A DNA stretch of 64,000 nucleotides. Origin: Mizuhopecten yessoensis. Its lineage: Eukaryota. Both the position numbers and the translations under genes were made by a program. This document shows, one piece after another, positions 13,561 through 26,800 of this stretch. The stretch lies in contig NW_018404396.1 in assembly GCF_002113885.1 (NCBI RefSeq), forward strand, positions 588,503 to 652,502, read 5' to 3'. Below the pieces are notes generated by a model. The model was not told the DNA's origin. It made no database searches and was given only the letters and a program-made list of their open reading frames with translations. Within the stretch, counting starts at the first letter, position 1, and every line of letters starts with the position of its first letter.

Positions 13561-15379
13561 CCGAAGTTTTATATATTTAAACTCAATTCCCAATTTTTGT
13601 AAAAACTAGTTTTCTGTAAACCTATTATATAATCCTTCTAAAATACTTGTTGGAAGTCAGGTACTTGGAGTCTATAGAAACTCTACAGGCAAGAGTATAC
13701 AAAATATCCAATTTTCTCATTGGTGAAAAGTTAGCATTTATTATTATTCTATTAATCAATATCTCTCGTAATTATATAGTAAATCAATGGAAGCATAATA
13801 TACGCTTTTTTCAAATAAGAAATAACTTTATACGAATTTGTAAATACCCTAGTGACGTTATTATAAAATCTCCCTTGTTGAAAGTCCTGTTCTTCCTGAA
13901 GTTTAGCATAAAAAAAGTGAATTTTAATTAACAATCTCATTGCAAATTATTCAAACAATTTTTAAGTCAGTAATATATTCATATAATTTGCACTTGTGTG
14001 AACTATGACTTTTAATTACTTTTTGACATAATGATAAGTTAAGACATGTTCGCTGATCAAAAAAGGCAATTTTGCAATATCTTACCTGAGATATCCCTGT
14101 CCACGGAACAGACCTATGTAAGATTCTAATAATCTTTTCCCTAGCAACAACGGGATCACCATGTGAAGTATGTGAGAAAGCTCTATCTTACACACAGGAA
14201 AATGAGAGAAATATCTTTCTGTTATACCGAGTCATATAAGATACCTTTCCACTAGTATCTTTCATGAAATAATCACAACGTGTATGAATACAATAACAAC
14301 AGGACATTATTCTAGTGTTTACTATATGTATCGCCCGCTGTACGTGCGTAATAAACCGTAACGTAAACAAATTCCTGGCCAACGTTAAAAGAATATTTGA
14401 CTAAAAATCGGTTTTCAAATTGTTTTATATTTCTAGTTCACGGATCAAGGAATTATATTTGCATTGCGCATTTATTGAATCACAACTGTTGTGATGTTCA
14501 AACATGGCCTCTAAAATAGCCGTGTCGAGAATAGCAAGCCTGACTATTAAGTAGAGAGAAATGTTCTTTGGAAGTGGTTGATTTACATTGCAGTTTCTGG
14601 TTATTGAGCTAAGCTGCAAGATGGCGACTGTCGGTTAGCGTGATATTTGGAATATTCAAACATTGGACAGTTTTCAATTGGCATTCATATTGCTTAGGCC
14701 CCCCAAAAAGGCATGGTAAGTTCTATTTTATATTTTGGCGGTAACATACTGTGGTAACTTATCATTTTATGATACCCCTCCTCTCCTTACCACCGAGAGG
14801 AATTCTTTTTCCACCTCCTCATTATCAATGAACTAGTCTTACATTCTCGTCCACATCGGGTTTCCTGTAATACATTCTGTTGTCCTGGTCATATAGTTGT
14901 CCTTAACTTTATATCGTCTAACCAGTTCTTCACCGTATTACATAAGTTTGTTGACACTCCGGTAATATCTGGTTATTGACACATGTACGCCTATTCTGGG
15001 ATTTGTCCTTGCCATTAGGTACATCGATATTGTGTATGATTGCGCAGAGGTTTGATCATAGCTGACGACAGGAAATCCAACATGTCACTGATATGGTGTT
15101 AATGTATTCTCTGTAGTATGTGCAATAAATAACGTCGGTTAGTTACACAGTGAAGTTTAATATGACACTTTACTTTAAAGAATGCCTGAAGTTAAATGTG
15201 TCTGTTTTACACCTGATGTTTTGTATAAGCGCCGTAACTTGATATCGTAATGTTTTGAAGAAGCGACAGATGGAAAATATCGAACAACATTGTTGGTGTC
15301 TATTTATAAAGGACTAGTCTGTTCTGTTTTATATGATGTTACTCCACATTTGTTACGAAAACTGTACCAGCACAGAAAA

Positions 15380-15545
15380 ACGCACTCGTCTTTACCATGA
15401 CGGCCGGGGTTCGATTCCTCTATCGGACGTGAAAAGGTACAGGGTCACCTGCCCATTCATGTAGGTTTTCTCCAGGTACCCCATTTGCTCATGCATCAAG
15501 ACTTTGCTGTGCGCTTCCATCCGGGCAATCGAACGTGATTTATAT
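15380..15545 (+). mobile_element. Decayed tRNA-derived SINE (5'-truncated)
   Basis: B box GGTTCGATTCC at 15408-15418, followed by GGTTTTCTCCAGGTACCCC, similar to the conserved central domain of V/Meta-type SINEs. Confidence 0.6.
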
Positions 15546-16644
15546 AAATAGATTAAACTCGTTTTACTGTTGTTGAATTAATTTCAGGTAAACATCGTTG
15601 ATAACGAACAAATTCCGACCGAATTAAATGGTTTAATTATGAAATGAATCAGCACTTTTCGTTTGCATATATTGTGTCAATGCTGCAAATGAACCATAAA
15701 ATGGTATGCAAACTGACAAGTATCGCTTTTTGTGTATTCAACTTTTAAATGAATATTTATGACGTACATCATTTGTCTACCGCTATTTGTGTTGTTATAC
15801 GCTTGCTGGTCATCTTATAAACAGGATATTCGATATGTTTCAGTAAAAAATATGCTTTCAAATTACATTGGTATTTACAGTTGTTTTTACAAAAGGTTAG
15901 CTATATATATTATATACGTATTAACGAATTGGATTTCTACTCGGGAACCATTTTTCCGTCCTTTAACAAGGCCAGTTCCTGGAGACATAACTAACCACAC
16001 CTTCGCTATCTAGTTTACGGTTCTATATTAACTAACCTGCATGGGAATTCAACGGTTATTTCACTATTCCGATCTGTGAATGGCTTTATTATGGTGATTT
16101 GATATTGTTTGTGACGAGTTTTTATAGTGGTAGAGTGAATTTTTATTGTAGATATTACCTCAAGAATAAATTATTAAATTAGACCTGTGTTTATCTTCCA
16201 TCAGTGATCAGTGCAAGTTGTACGCCTCATTAACTCTGTATGAGGTGTACAGGGGATGCTGTGTACTTGGAACCTGGGTTCCCACACTTTATGACAGCTA
16301 TGGGTATGGCACATGTACATAATTATGACAAGTCATTGTCAGAAAGTGCAAATACTTGTTTGCTTGATTTTTTTACAATCAATTTTTCATGGTATATTTA
16401 AAGTCAACTTCATTTTTTCCGGATACAGATTATTTTTAATTGTTTGTGATTGAAGTGAATCGCCTTTTTATGGACATATCTGTTTCCTGGTTTTATAATT
16501 TTTGATTTCAATCAGTGTATACAGCTGACATAGGACTATTTTTCTCCATAGTGACGGCCGCGTCAGGTAAAGGTACACGGGGAAGATATTCTCCATGACA
16601 CTTTAACCCGATGCGATTTTATATTAAATATTAAGCATGTTAGA

Positions 16645-17850
16645 TTTAATAACACTTCCACTTAGTCAGTTCGTAGTACAGATTCAATAACACCCATCTT
16701 AGTCATTTTGTGAGACAGATTCCATAATATTTAGTAGAACATATTCAACAATAACCCCCTTAGTCAATAAGTAGAACAGATTCCATAACATTTACATTTA
16801 ATGATTTAGTAAAACATATTCAATAATAACCAACTTATTCATTAAGTAAAATATATTCAATAACACCCCCACTTTGTCATTTAGTAAAACGTATTGAATA
16901 ACAACTCGCTTAGACATTAAGTAAAATATATTCAATAACACCCCCACTTTGTCATTTAGTAAAACGTATTGAATAACAACTCGCTTAGACATTAAGTAAA
17001 ACATATTCAATAACACCATACTTAATCATTTTGTAAAACAAATAACAACATTCCCATTTCGTCATTTTGTAGAACTGATTCAAAACACCTCCATTTAGTC
17101 ATTTAGAAAAACAGATCCCGTGTCACCCATACTTTGTCATTTTGTAGAACAGATCCCATAACACCCCCACTTAGTCATTTAGTAAAACATGTTGATTAAC
17201 AACTCGCTTAATCATTTAGCAGAAGGTATTCAATAACTCTTGAACTCAATTCAGTAGTAAAACAGACTTTGTAACACTTCCATAGAATTCAGAACCTTTA
17301 ATATTAACCTTATTATAAAGTAGAACAGATTATATACCACTTCAACTTAATTATGTAATAGAACAGATTTTATAGCATTCAGCTTTATGATTCAGTAGAG
17401 ACCATATTCTAAAACACTTAAACATAAGTCAGATTCAGTAAAAACTCACTTCATTATTTATTATAACAGAATGTTAAACACTGCATTTACTCATTGATAG
17501 AACACATTCTATAGCACTTCAATTTAACACTTTAACAAAGAACAAGTTTTATATTATTCCACCTTCATTGTTTTAGTCAGTAGAGAACTGACTATTTGAC
17601 TATTTAAAATAATTCAGATTCTGTAACCTATTTAATTATGTAGTAGAACACATTTAATAGCATTTTAACTGTATTATCAAATACATCTACTGTAGAATCG
17701 TTTCAACTTAAAAATGAAGTAGAAAACAAAGTTTATATTATTTCAACGTAATAATTGAGTAGAGAACACATTTTATAATACATTTCATCTTATTTGTTAG
17801 GTAGAAAGATTCCACAACATGCCATCTTAATGGTTCATTAGAGATTTTAA
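16645..17850. repeat. Degenerate ~39-bp minisatellite with a near-perfect 78-bp dimer duplication
   Basis: The unit resembles TTAGTCATTTAGTAGAACAGATTCAATAACACCCCCAC. The 26-aa repeat in ORF 16798..17019 marks the 78-bp duplication. The array decays rightwards. Confidence 0.75.
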
Positions 17851-18775
17851 AACATTTAACTTTTCACTGAAAGAGATTGTATAAGACAATATAATCCAAA
17901 AGAAGATAAAATATTTAATAAACTATAGATATGTCGTAATTATTTTGGGAAAAAAGAAAGAAAGAAAAATTGATACTATTCGTCAAAATCTGAATGTGAT
18001 TACCTAGTTGTAATAATGACGAAACTATAAATTAGATCAATGTATATTGGGTCTTTGGACTTCAATTATAAAGAAAATACACGATAAACACATATTTCCG
18101 ATGAAGTATTAGACCCCATCATAGTGTACAAAATGTGTATAATTCAATAAGATCGGCAGCTGATTAAGACAGAGATGCGTTTTAAGTGTTGGGCATTCCT
18201 CAAGACTTTTAGGTATATGCTACCAATCTCGAGATAGTTTCGTGTACGTGACTGAACATGTGAGAATTTAGCCGATTAGTTTTGTATTCCAAAAGTAACA
18301 CCGTAGAAAGTGGGTATATGCATGCCGTGCTGTTGATATGTTGGTTTTTAGTATTTTAATTGGATGACATTTTAGGCCTGATTTAACTGATTTAAAGTAA
18401 ACATGGGTGAAGTTAGACCCGTTTCTCAAACAGTAATGTATTTGATGACGTCATAACGCAGTTATATTAACCAACTGTGTTGGTTTGCTATAAGACTTTT
18501 GTAATGACGAAGAGCTATGGATTCACTGCCGTGGTTTGCTGTTATGATGCCAAGAAAGATATTATCCCAGGTAAGTAAGCGTTGCACCAAAACTTCGAGC
18601 ATATTTTTAAAAAAAGTTCGTAAACTCGGTTTACAATTTTTGATATATCTATTTGGTATTTTTCAATGAGAGTTAATTATATATCACATGAAAAATCGGT
18701 TGTGACTTATCCTGAAGTACTCAACATTTATCCTATATGAGCGTTATTTTTATTCTGACCTTAGATAGTATTTAA

Positions 18776-19427
18776 AAGGGCTGGTCGGGGGGGAAAAAAT
18801 ATAAAATAAATGGGTCTAAATACGTTCTCTGGCCTTCCAAAAGTTATACCACGGTCCCCCAATATGATGTTCGAGTTCTGCTTGCAATGTCCAGTTTTGA
18901 CCACTGAAATCTCGAAAAGCCCCGCGTAAATTTAGCGCAGATCTATTTATCTATCTCACGTGGTTGTTTCAAAATAGAAGCAGTGAAGATAACAACAATA
19001 GCACGCCGTCATGTGCCATGTCGGACTCAACTAGCGGACAAGACAGCAATACTATACGTAAATAATTGTTTTCAAAGGTCATGTATGATGCAAGTGCAGT
19101 ATTCCCACCTATATGTTGTTGTTATATATAACGGTATTGATACATCGTGCCTGTCATGACTTTTGCATGCATCTTTTTCTTTCGCCTCGATGTTTACATT
19201 TGGCCTTGTTGATAACGCGCGTTCGGTAAAATTACATCACTGATCTGGGTCAGTTGAGAGTGTTAGACTGTCAGGTGACGATTTAGGATTTCTTTAATAT
19301 AATTATATCTTTTACTCTTATGGAGTGAATTTCAGCAAAATTTGAATCGGTATATTTCATAAGAAGGTATTTCAAACATGTGTATGCCATTTTAGCAAAT
19401 ATGACATTTTTTCCCCGACCAGCTCCT
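18776..19427. mobile_element. Non-autonomous Kolobok-like DNA transposon (~650 bp)
   Basis: TTAA at 18772-18775 and 19428-19431. The TIR is AAGGGCTGGTCGGGG on the left and AGGAGCTGGTCGGGG (reverse complement) on the right. A TTAA TSD with purine-purine termini fits Kolobok. Confidence 0.75.
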
Positions 19428-19659
19428 TTAATACTGATAAAGTATAAGATAAGTCACAGTGTTATCGCCCTTGTTCATTTCGTCATAAATACTGAAACTA
19501 GACAGTTTTGGCGATTGTTTATTTCCGAGGTTCATATCGAACAGAGTGGAACTCCGCGTAAATTATTTAATATTTGTATAAATATATTTTTTCAATGTCG
19601 CTATATCAACTATGACGCCGTAGTAAAAAAATAACAAATATGTTACCATTAAGATTAGG

Positions 19660-20539
19660 ATAAAGTTGATTTAATACACATTTTATTTACATTTTGATCT
19701 GACAATATTACAAAAAAAAGAACCATTAAAAAGAGTTACTGAGTATAAACACATAGATCACACCGTATAACGTATACAAAACACTTTTGATTTCTCTTCA
19801 GATTTGACAATAAATTATGTGACCTGCGCCGCCATTTTTGTTTTTGGTCACAAACACCGGTCACGTGATGTCTCCACGATTGAGACGTTCCCCACGCGAG
19901 TCCAATCTGTGATAAAATTGAATACTTATGGAACATATAAAACTTGTCTGATAGTTGAATATAGATTGCACTGATAACAGTGAAACAGTTCACTCCATGT
20001 CTGTAGCTTCCCTTATAAGTCAATGTCGGGTCACGTGATTGTCAAGGGACGACTTGCATGGAACTTTTAAGCAACCGAGTCTGTGGAATCTTGTTGCGTG
20101 GAGCTAACGTGTATGGAATGACAAATGTAGCACCTTCGTGGAAAATAGCACAAAATACAATGTAGGCTTGGGTTCAGCAACACAGTGAAATAAAACAACA
20201 CTTAAAGCTGGGGTAGGCAGCAACAATCCTTTGGACAAAATGTGCCTCTGTCTGTCTTCATATCAATTCCAGAAATAACGAAACAAATTGACGCCTTTGT
20301 GGTAACAACGGTACCTTTACGTCAATAAACAAGTTCTGTCTGAACGTCCAAACAAATGTGTCTGCTCGTCCGCGTGCGCATGCCAACGCCTGACAAAGTC
20401 TGTAGAGACAGTATATCGCCACTACCCAGGCCGCCATGTTGAGATGCTCCATTAGGTCTCCGGATACACATGTTTGTTATAAAGGACATTTCATTTTCTT
20501 ACGTGTTTACAACATACATGTGGTTCCGGAAATTGGTGG
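19660..20539 (-). other. Putative Six4/5 3'UTR ending at a polyadenylation signal
   Basis: Non-repetitive, relatively GC-rich sequence after the stop codon. On the minus strand AATAAA is at 19687-19682 and ATTAAA at 19675-19670. Confidence 0.5.
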
Positions 20540-20843
20540 TCATACAGGTGGTACCGGATGGTGCAAACGGTGGTGGTGGTCAAGTGGCGGGGGTGCACAG
20601 AGGTAGTGAGGCGGAATAGGCTCATTTTTCACTAATGGCATCGATGTGAGATTCGTGCGCATGTCCTCGATGAGTTTAGCGGACATGTCGATGTCTCCCC
20701 GGTAGTCGTGTGGCATCATCATTGGTGGATTGCCACACATCTGCTGGTGGTGGTGGTGATGGTGGTGGTGCTGCGGTGCTTGGTGGTGGCCATGGTGATG
20801 GTGGTGGTGCATGTTATGCTTCATACCGTCGTCCATCAGGTCT
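20540..20843 (-). CDS. SIX4: Six4/5 terminal coding exon (His/Pro-rich C-terminus)
   Basis: GC-rich coding-like island with acceptor TTTTACTTGTGTATTCCACAG| at 20844/20843. It is phase 2 and matches the exon 1 donor (GG+A = Gly). It reads DLMDDGMKHNMHHHHHHG...HHPVPPV-TGA on the same strand. The linkage is inferred without RNA data. Confidence 0.8.
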
Positions 20844-21109
20844 CTGTGGAATACACAAGTAAAATATCTCTTCAATGTTTACACTAGTACATCACTGTAT
20901 TAATACTGCCCTATTGGGCGAGGTCGTATGTAGTACAGTATTATCGCAATACCACCCTCTAGAACAATGGTGGATACCAGTACATTGTTATAAATGTATT
21001 TTTATGTAGGGCAATGTTATAAATTTATAATACTATGCATGATAATATCGTAATATAGTCACGGTTGTTCTTTCCGTATATTATTATATGGAACGATAAC
21101 CGCCTATAA

Positions 21110-21620
21110 TACGATCATTTATTACCCCTTTGAGAAAAATCTAGGAATCTGATTGGTTAAAAATTACAGTGTACCAAACCGCATTCGTAAATCTCAGGGG
21201 GTATACGGTCATGTCACGTGATTCTCAGCAGTAATACGGTGGAATCACGTGATTTTACAAGGGGTATACGGGTCACGTGTCTTTGTATCTTGCGACCGGG
21301 CATCGGGAGACAACTCGCATTCGTCGTCTGCTTCGCTGTTTACAAAATGGCAAAACGTTTCGCTTCGCATACTGATGAGGAAATACTCGCCAAAAGGGCT
21401 AACTATGTGCCACATAACACACAAAAGTCGAACAGCCGAGCGGCAAACATGCTGAGGACGTATTTAAAAGAAAAGAATCAGGAAGAACAGTTGGAGGAAT
21501 TTGATAAAACGAAACTAAATGAGGTACTGTGCCTGTTATTTTTCTTAACGGCCTCAGGAAATACGAAACCCTTTAGGGTCATACCATCCCGTATACCCTG
21601 CCAAAAACCCGTGTAACTAA
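21110..21620 (+). mobile_element. Internally deleted Crypton-like element carrying the N-terminus of a tyrosine-recombinase (DUF3504/KCTD1-ZMYM-like) ORF
   Basis: ATG at 21347 gives MAKRFASHTDEEILAKRANYVPHNTQKSNSRAANMLRTYLKEKNQEEQLEEFDKTKLNEVL, resembling the RF..EEI..VP.NT.K..YL.EK..L+..L pattern of animal Crypton proteins. GGGGTATACGG direct repeats on the left pair with CCCGTATACCCTG on the right. Confidence 0.65.
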
Positions 21621-22089
21621 TATTATTGCAATTTAGCTGTTTATATATATCTCCGACCATACTGTTGAAATGGATCTGAAATATATCATTCTTATTACAT
21701 TTAATTTCATCAGCTCGCTCAACGCTTATTTTCTTTCACTAATGTACAAATTTTAATTTTACGTTACCAGATATTGCTGAGTGATGAAAACAAATATATA
21801 TTTTAACTAAAACAATCAAGAGTGTCGTTAACAGCCGAGCCAAAATAACGCAGATTCCAAAGATGTGGCCAGAAGGACCTATAACAAGGATAGTGGCGGT
21901 GATTTGTCAAATGACAGAGGTAGATCCTAGATCTCATGTCCATTATTACTGCATATGTTATAATTATGTTGTCCTATTAAATACTATATTGTTTGACTTA
22001 AATGGCGAAGGTATACCACGAGGGCCACCAACACACACGCACAGTGTTACTACTGGTATAATATCAACACCAATGACATTTGGTTATTG

Positions 22090-22560
22090 ATTGAGTTGAG
22101 TTATACGCGGGTCGTGTTATGAGGAAGTTATCTGTAGATGGGTCGTGCCCGAAGGTTGTTATTTGTATGGGGGTTGCACGAGGGCTGCGTTCGACGGTAG
22201 CTATTGTAGGGGGAGGGAACACGTGAGTTGCACTAGGAGATGGTTATTTGTATTGGTCGCGTTCGTATGTTTTTTTATTTGTAGAGAGGAGTTATACGTG
22301 GTCCATTCGGAGTGGTGAACCTGTATGAGGGCTGCGTTTGGAGGCTTTTATATGAGGGGGAAAACACATGCTGGTTGTGTTGGAAGCTTCATACTTGTGG
22401 GGATATAGTACATGTAAGTCGCATTCAGAGGTTAGTTGTAGAGAGGAGTGCACGTGGGCTCGCGTTCGGAGATTGCTATTTGTAGTGAGAGAGTACACGT
22501 GGGTCGCGCTATGAGGTTGTTATTTGAAGGAAGAGAGACAACATAGGCCACGCTCGGGAA
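22090..22560. repeat. Degenerate ~42-45-bp tandem repeat (GTTATTTGTAG...CACGTGGG.CGCG)
   Basis: Recurring GTTATTTGTA and ACGTGGGTCGCG-like motifs. Confidence 0.55.
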
Positions 22561-23879
22561 TTTTCTCACGGTATTACACAAATTGCTATAAGGGAAATTC
22601 TTAAGCACTGTACACATAATTACGTCAGTTGGCAATTGGGGCGAAGTCAAATTGTAACGAAAATATGGAAACAATCACTTCAAACGAGGATTAAACAATG
22701 ACAAATTGTGCTTAATGGGGTCGTGGCGAAGAGGTGTGTGTGAGGCCAGGCTCGCGTGTGACGTAGCTGATGAGCGGGACAACGTGTGAGGAGGCCTGCC
22801 ACTCTAGTGGCAAGGCCGCCAACTTAAACAATGATTACACTAATTAAAACACACTAGGCATCCTGCAAAATGGTGAATATCTTCCTGTTTGTCTGCGCTC
22901 AGATTCGCGGTCCCTGATGGGCTGTGAGGGGCTACAAGGGGACTACAGGGGTCGAAGGGGCCAGCGAGTAGGCGTGTGTTCTCTAAACGAGGTCCACCGG
23001 ACAAGGGCAATTGTCGCGGCGAGAGAATGAGGAAACGAGAATCGATTGAATGGGTCTACGTTGTGTAGGCTTGCGAACCCTCTCAAAACACTTCAATGGC
23101 ATTTTCTTATTTAAACCTCGCAACAACATCCTGTAGACTGTGTGTTGAAGTTGAATATGAAACAATACATTTAAGCGGGTCTGGCTGCCGTGACATATAA
23201 ATAGCTCGGTAGGGTAATTCAGTAAAGTCATCGTTTTTTTATGTCTATATTTGTATATACCGTACGTGATTTTCGTGCGATCGTACTTGCTTTTTGAAAG
23301 GGAACTGTAACCACTCACTTTCATTTTATCAAATCGCTCTTCAAAATTCACAACCTTCAATAAGCGTTAATTGAACGACTTACTTTTAAGTAGATAGTTC
23401 ATTTAAAACAACAATAAAAGTTGTTGTTGCGCATTATCTTTGATCAAAATGCGAAATAAAATGCGATACTTTAACGGTGGTCAACATTTTAAATATATAT
23501 CGTGTGTATATATGTGATTCTGTGTAGAGGGTACTCATAAGCGGACTCATTAACATATAACGTTCACATAAAGTGAACACGTTGAACATTAGACTATGGT
23601 CAAAGGAAGCTAGAATTATGCTCCTAAACAACGCACCTAACAAACCATCTATTATTATTATTTCTTTACGATCCTTAACCATGTTTGTTTAACGCATTTA
23701 ACAGGAAATTAGAATGGAAATAGTTAGCAGATTATTCTAGCTTTAATTGATTTTTTAAGGAATATCTGCTACTTATTATAACATTTTAAAGTCATTAACA
23801 TGTAGTTTTAAAGAGAGTATGATTCTTAAAAAAAGAGTATAATCCTCATATCAACTTACACTATTTAACAAATTCAAAC

Positions 23880-26800
23880 TTAACACATGATAACACCCAA
23901 ACATATACATAATAACACAAAAATCTACGTATACTAACAACTAAACCTACACATAATACCGCTCAAACCTACTCATAATAACACCAAAACCTACGCATAA
24001 TAACACCTAAACCTACACATAATACCACTCAAACCTACACATAATAACACCAAAACGTATACATTATAACATCCAAACTCACATATAATAACACCAACAT
24101 CTACGCGTAGTAACACCCAAACCTTCACACGATAACACCCAAACCTATACATAATAACACCCAAACCTATACATACTAACACCCAAACCTATACATACTA
24201 ACACCCAAACCTACACATAATAACACCCAAACCTACACATAATAACACCCAAACCGACACATAATAACACCCAAACTTACACATACTAACATCCAAACCT
24301 ATACATACTAACACCCAAACCTATACATAATAACATCCAAACCTACATATAATAACACCCAAACCGACACATAATAACCCCCAAACCGACACATAATAAC
24401 ACCCAACCTTACACATACTAACATCCAAACCTATACATACTAACACCCAAACTTACACATAATAACACCCAAACTTATACATAATAACACCCAAACCTAC
24501 ACATAAAAACACCCAAACCGACACATAATAACACCCAGACCTACACATAATAACACCCAAACCTATACATACTAACACCCAAACCTACACATAATGACAC
24601 CCAAACCTACACATAATAACACCAAAACCGACACATAATCACACCCAAACCTACACATAATAACACCCAAAACGACACATAATAACACCCAAACCTACAC
24701 ATGATAACACTCAAACCGACACATAATTACATCCAAACCGACACATTATAACATCCAAACCTACACATAATAACATGCAAACCTACATATAATAACACCC
24801 AAACCGACACATAATAACCCCCAAACTTACACATAATAACACCCAACCCTATACATAATAACACCCAAACCTACACATAAAAACACCCAAACCTACACAT
24901 AATAACACTCAAACCGACACATAATCACACCCAAACCTACACATAATAACACCCAAAACGACACATAATAACACCCAAACCTACACATGATAACACTCAA
25001 ACCGACACATAATTACATCCAAACCGACACATTATAACACCCAAACCTACGCATAATAACACCCAACCCGACACATAATAACACCCAAACCTACACATAA
25101 AAACATCCAAACCTACACATAATAACACCCAAAACGACACATAATAACACCCAAACTTACACATACTAACATCCAACCCTATACATACTAACACCCAAAC
25201 CTATACATACTAACCCCCAAACCTATACATAATAACACCCAAAACTACACATAATAGCAATCAAACCGACAAATAATATCATCCAAACCGACACATAATA
25301 ACATCCAAACCTACACATTAAAACATCCAAACCTACACATAATAACACCCAAAACGACACATAATAACACCCAAACCTACACAAAATAACCCCCAAACCG
25401 ACACATAATAACACCCAAACAGACACATAATAACACCCAAACTTACACATGATAACACCCAAACCTATACATAATAACACCCAAACCTATACATAATAAC
25501 ACCCAAACCTACACATAATAGCAATCAAACCGACAAATAATATCATCCAAACCGACACATAATAACACCCAAACCGACACATTATAACACCCAAACCGAC
25601 ACATAATAGCACCCAAACCTACAAAGAATTACACCCAAACTCACACATTATAACTTCCAATCCTACACATAATAACACTCAATCCTACACATAATTACAC
25701 CCTAACTCACACCTAATAACACTCAAACCTACATATAATAACACCCAAACCTATACATAATTACACCCAAACTCACACATAATTACACCCAAACCGACAC
25801 ATTATAACACCCAAACCTACACATAATAACACCCAAACCGACACATAATAACACCCAAACCTACACATAATAACACCCAAACCGACACATAATAACACCC
25901 AAACCTACACATAATAACACCCAAACCGACACATAATAACACCCAAACCTACACATAATAACACCCAAACCTACACATAATAACACCCAAACCGACACAT
26001 AATAACACCCAAACCTACACATAATAACACCCAAACCGACACATAATAACACCCAAACCTACACATAATAACACCCAAACCGACACATAATAACACCCAA
26101 ACCTACACATAATAACACCCAAACCGACACATAATAACACCCAAACCTACACATAATAACACCCAAACCGACACATAATAACACCCAAACCTACACATAA
26201 TAACACCCAAACCGACACATAATAACACCCAAACCTACACATAATAACACCCAAACCGACACATAATAACACCCAAACCTACACATAATAACACCCAAAC
26301 CGACACATAATAACACCCAAACCTACACATAATAACACCCAAACCGACACATAATAACACCCAAACCTACACATAATAACACCCAAACCGACACATAATA
26401 ACACCCAAACCTACACATAATAACACCCAAACCGACACATAATAACACCCAAACCTACACATAATAACACCCAAACCGACACATAATAACACCCAAACCT
26501 ACACATAATAACACCCAAACCGACACATAATAACACCCAAACCTACACATAATAACACCCAAACCGACACATAATAACACCCAAACCGACACATAATAAC
26601 ACCCAAACTTACACATAATAACACCCAAACCTATACATAATAACACCCAAACCTACACATAATAACAATCAAACCAACAAAAAATATCATCCAAACCGAC
26701 ACATAATAACATCCAAACCTACACATAATAACACCCAAACCTACACATAATTACACCCAAACTCACACATTATAACATCCAAACCTACACAAAATAACAC

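Noticed and set aside
14840-15010. Possible RTE tail (KNWLDDIK on the minus strand)
   Set aside because: A single short motif, too degraded to call without a profile search.
23991-26646. Repetitive Cys/Gly/Val 'membrane or metallothionein-like' ORFs
   Set aside because: These are translations of the 22-bp satellite, mostly with non-ATG starts.
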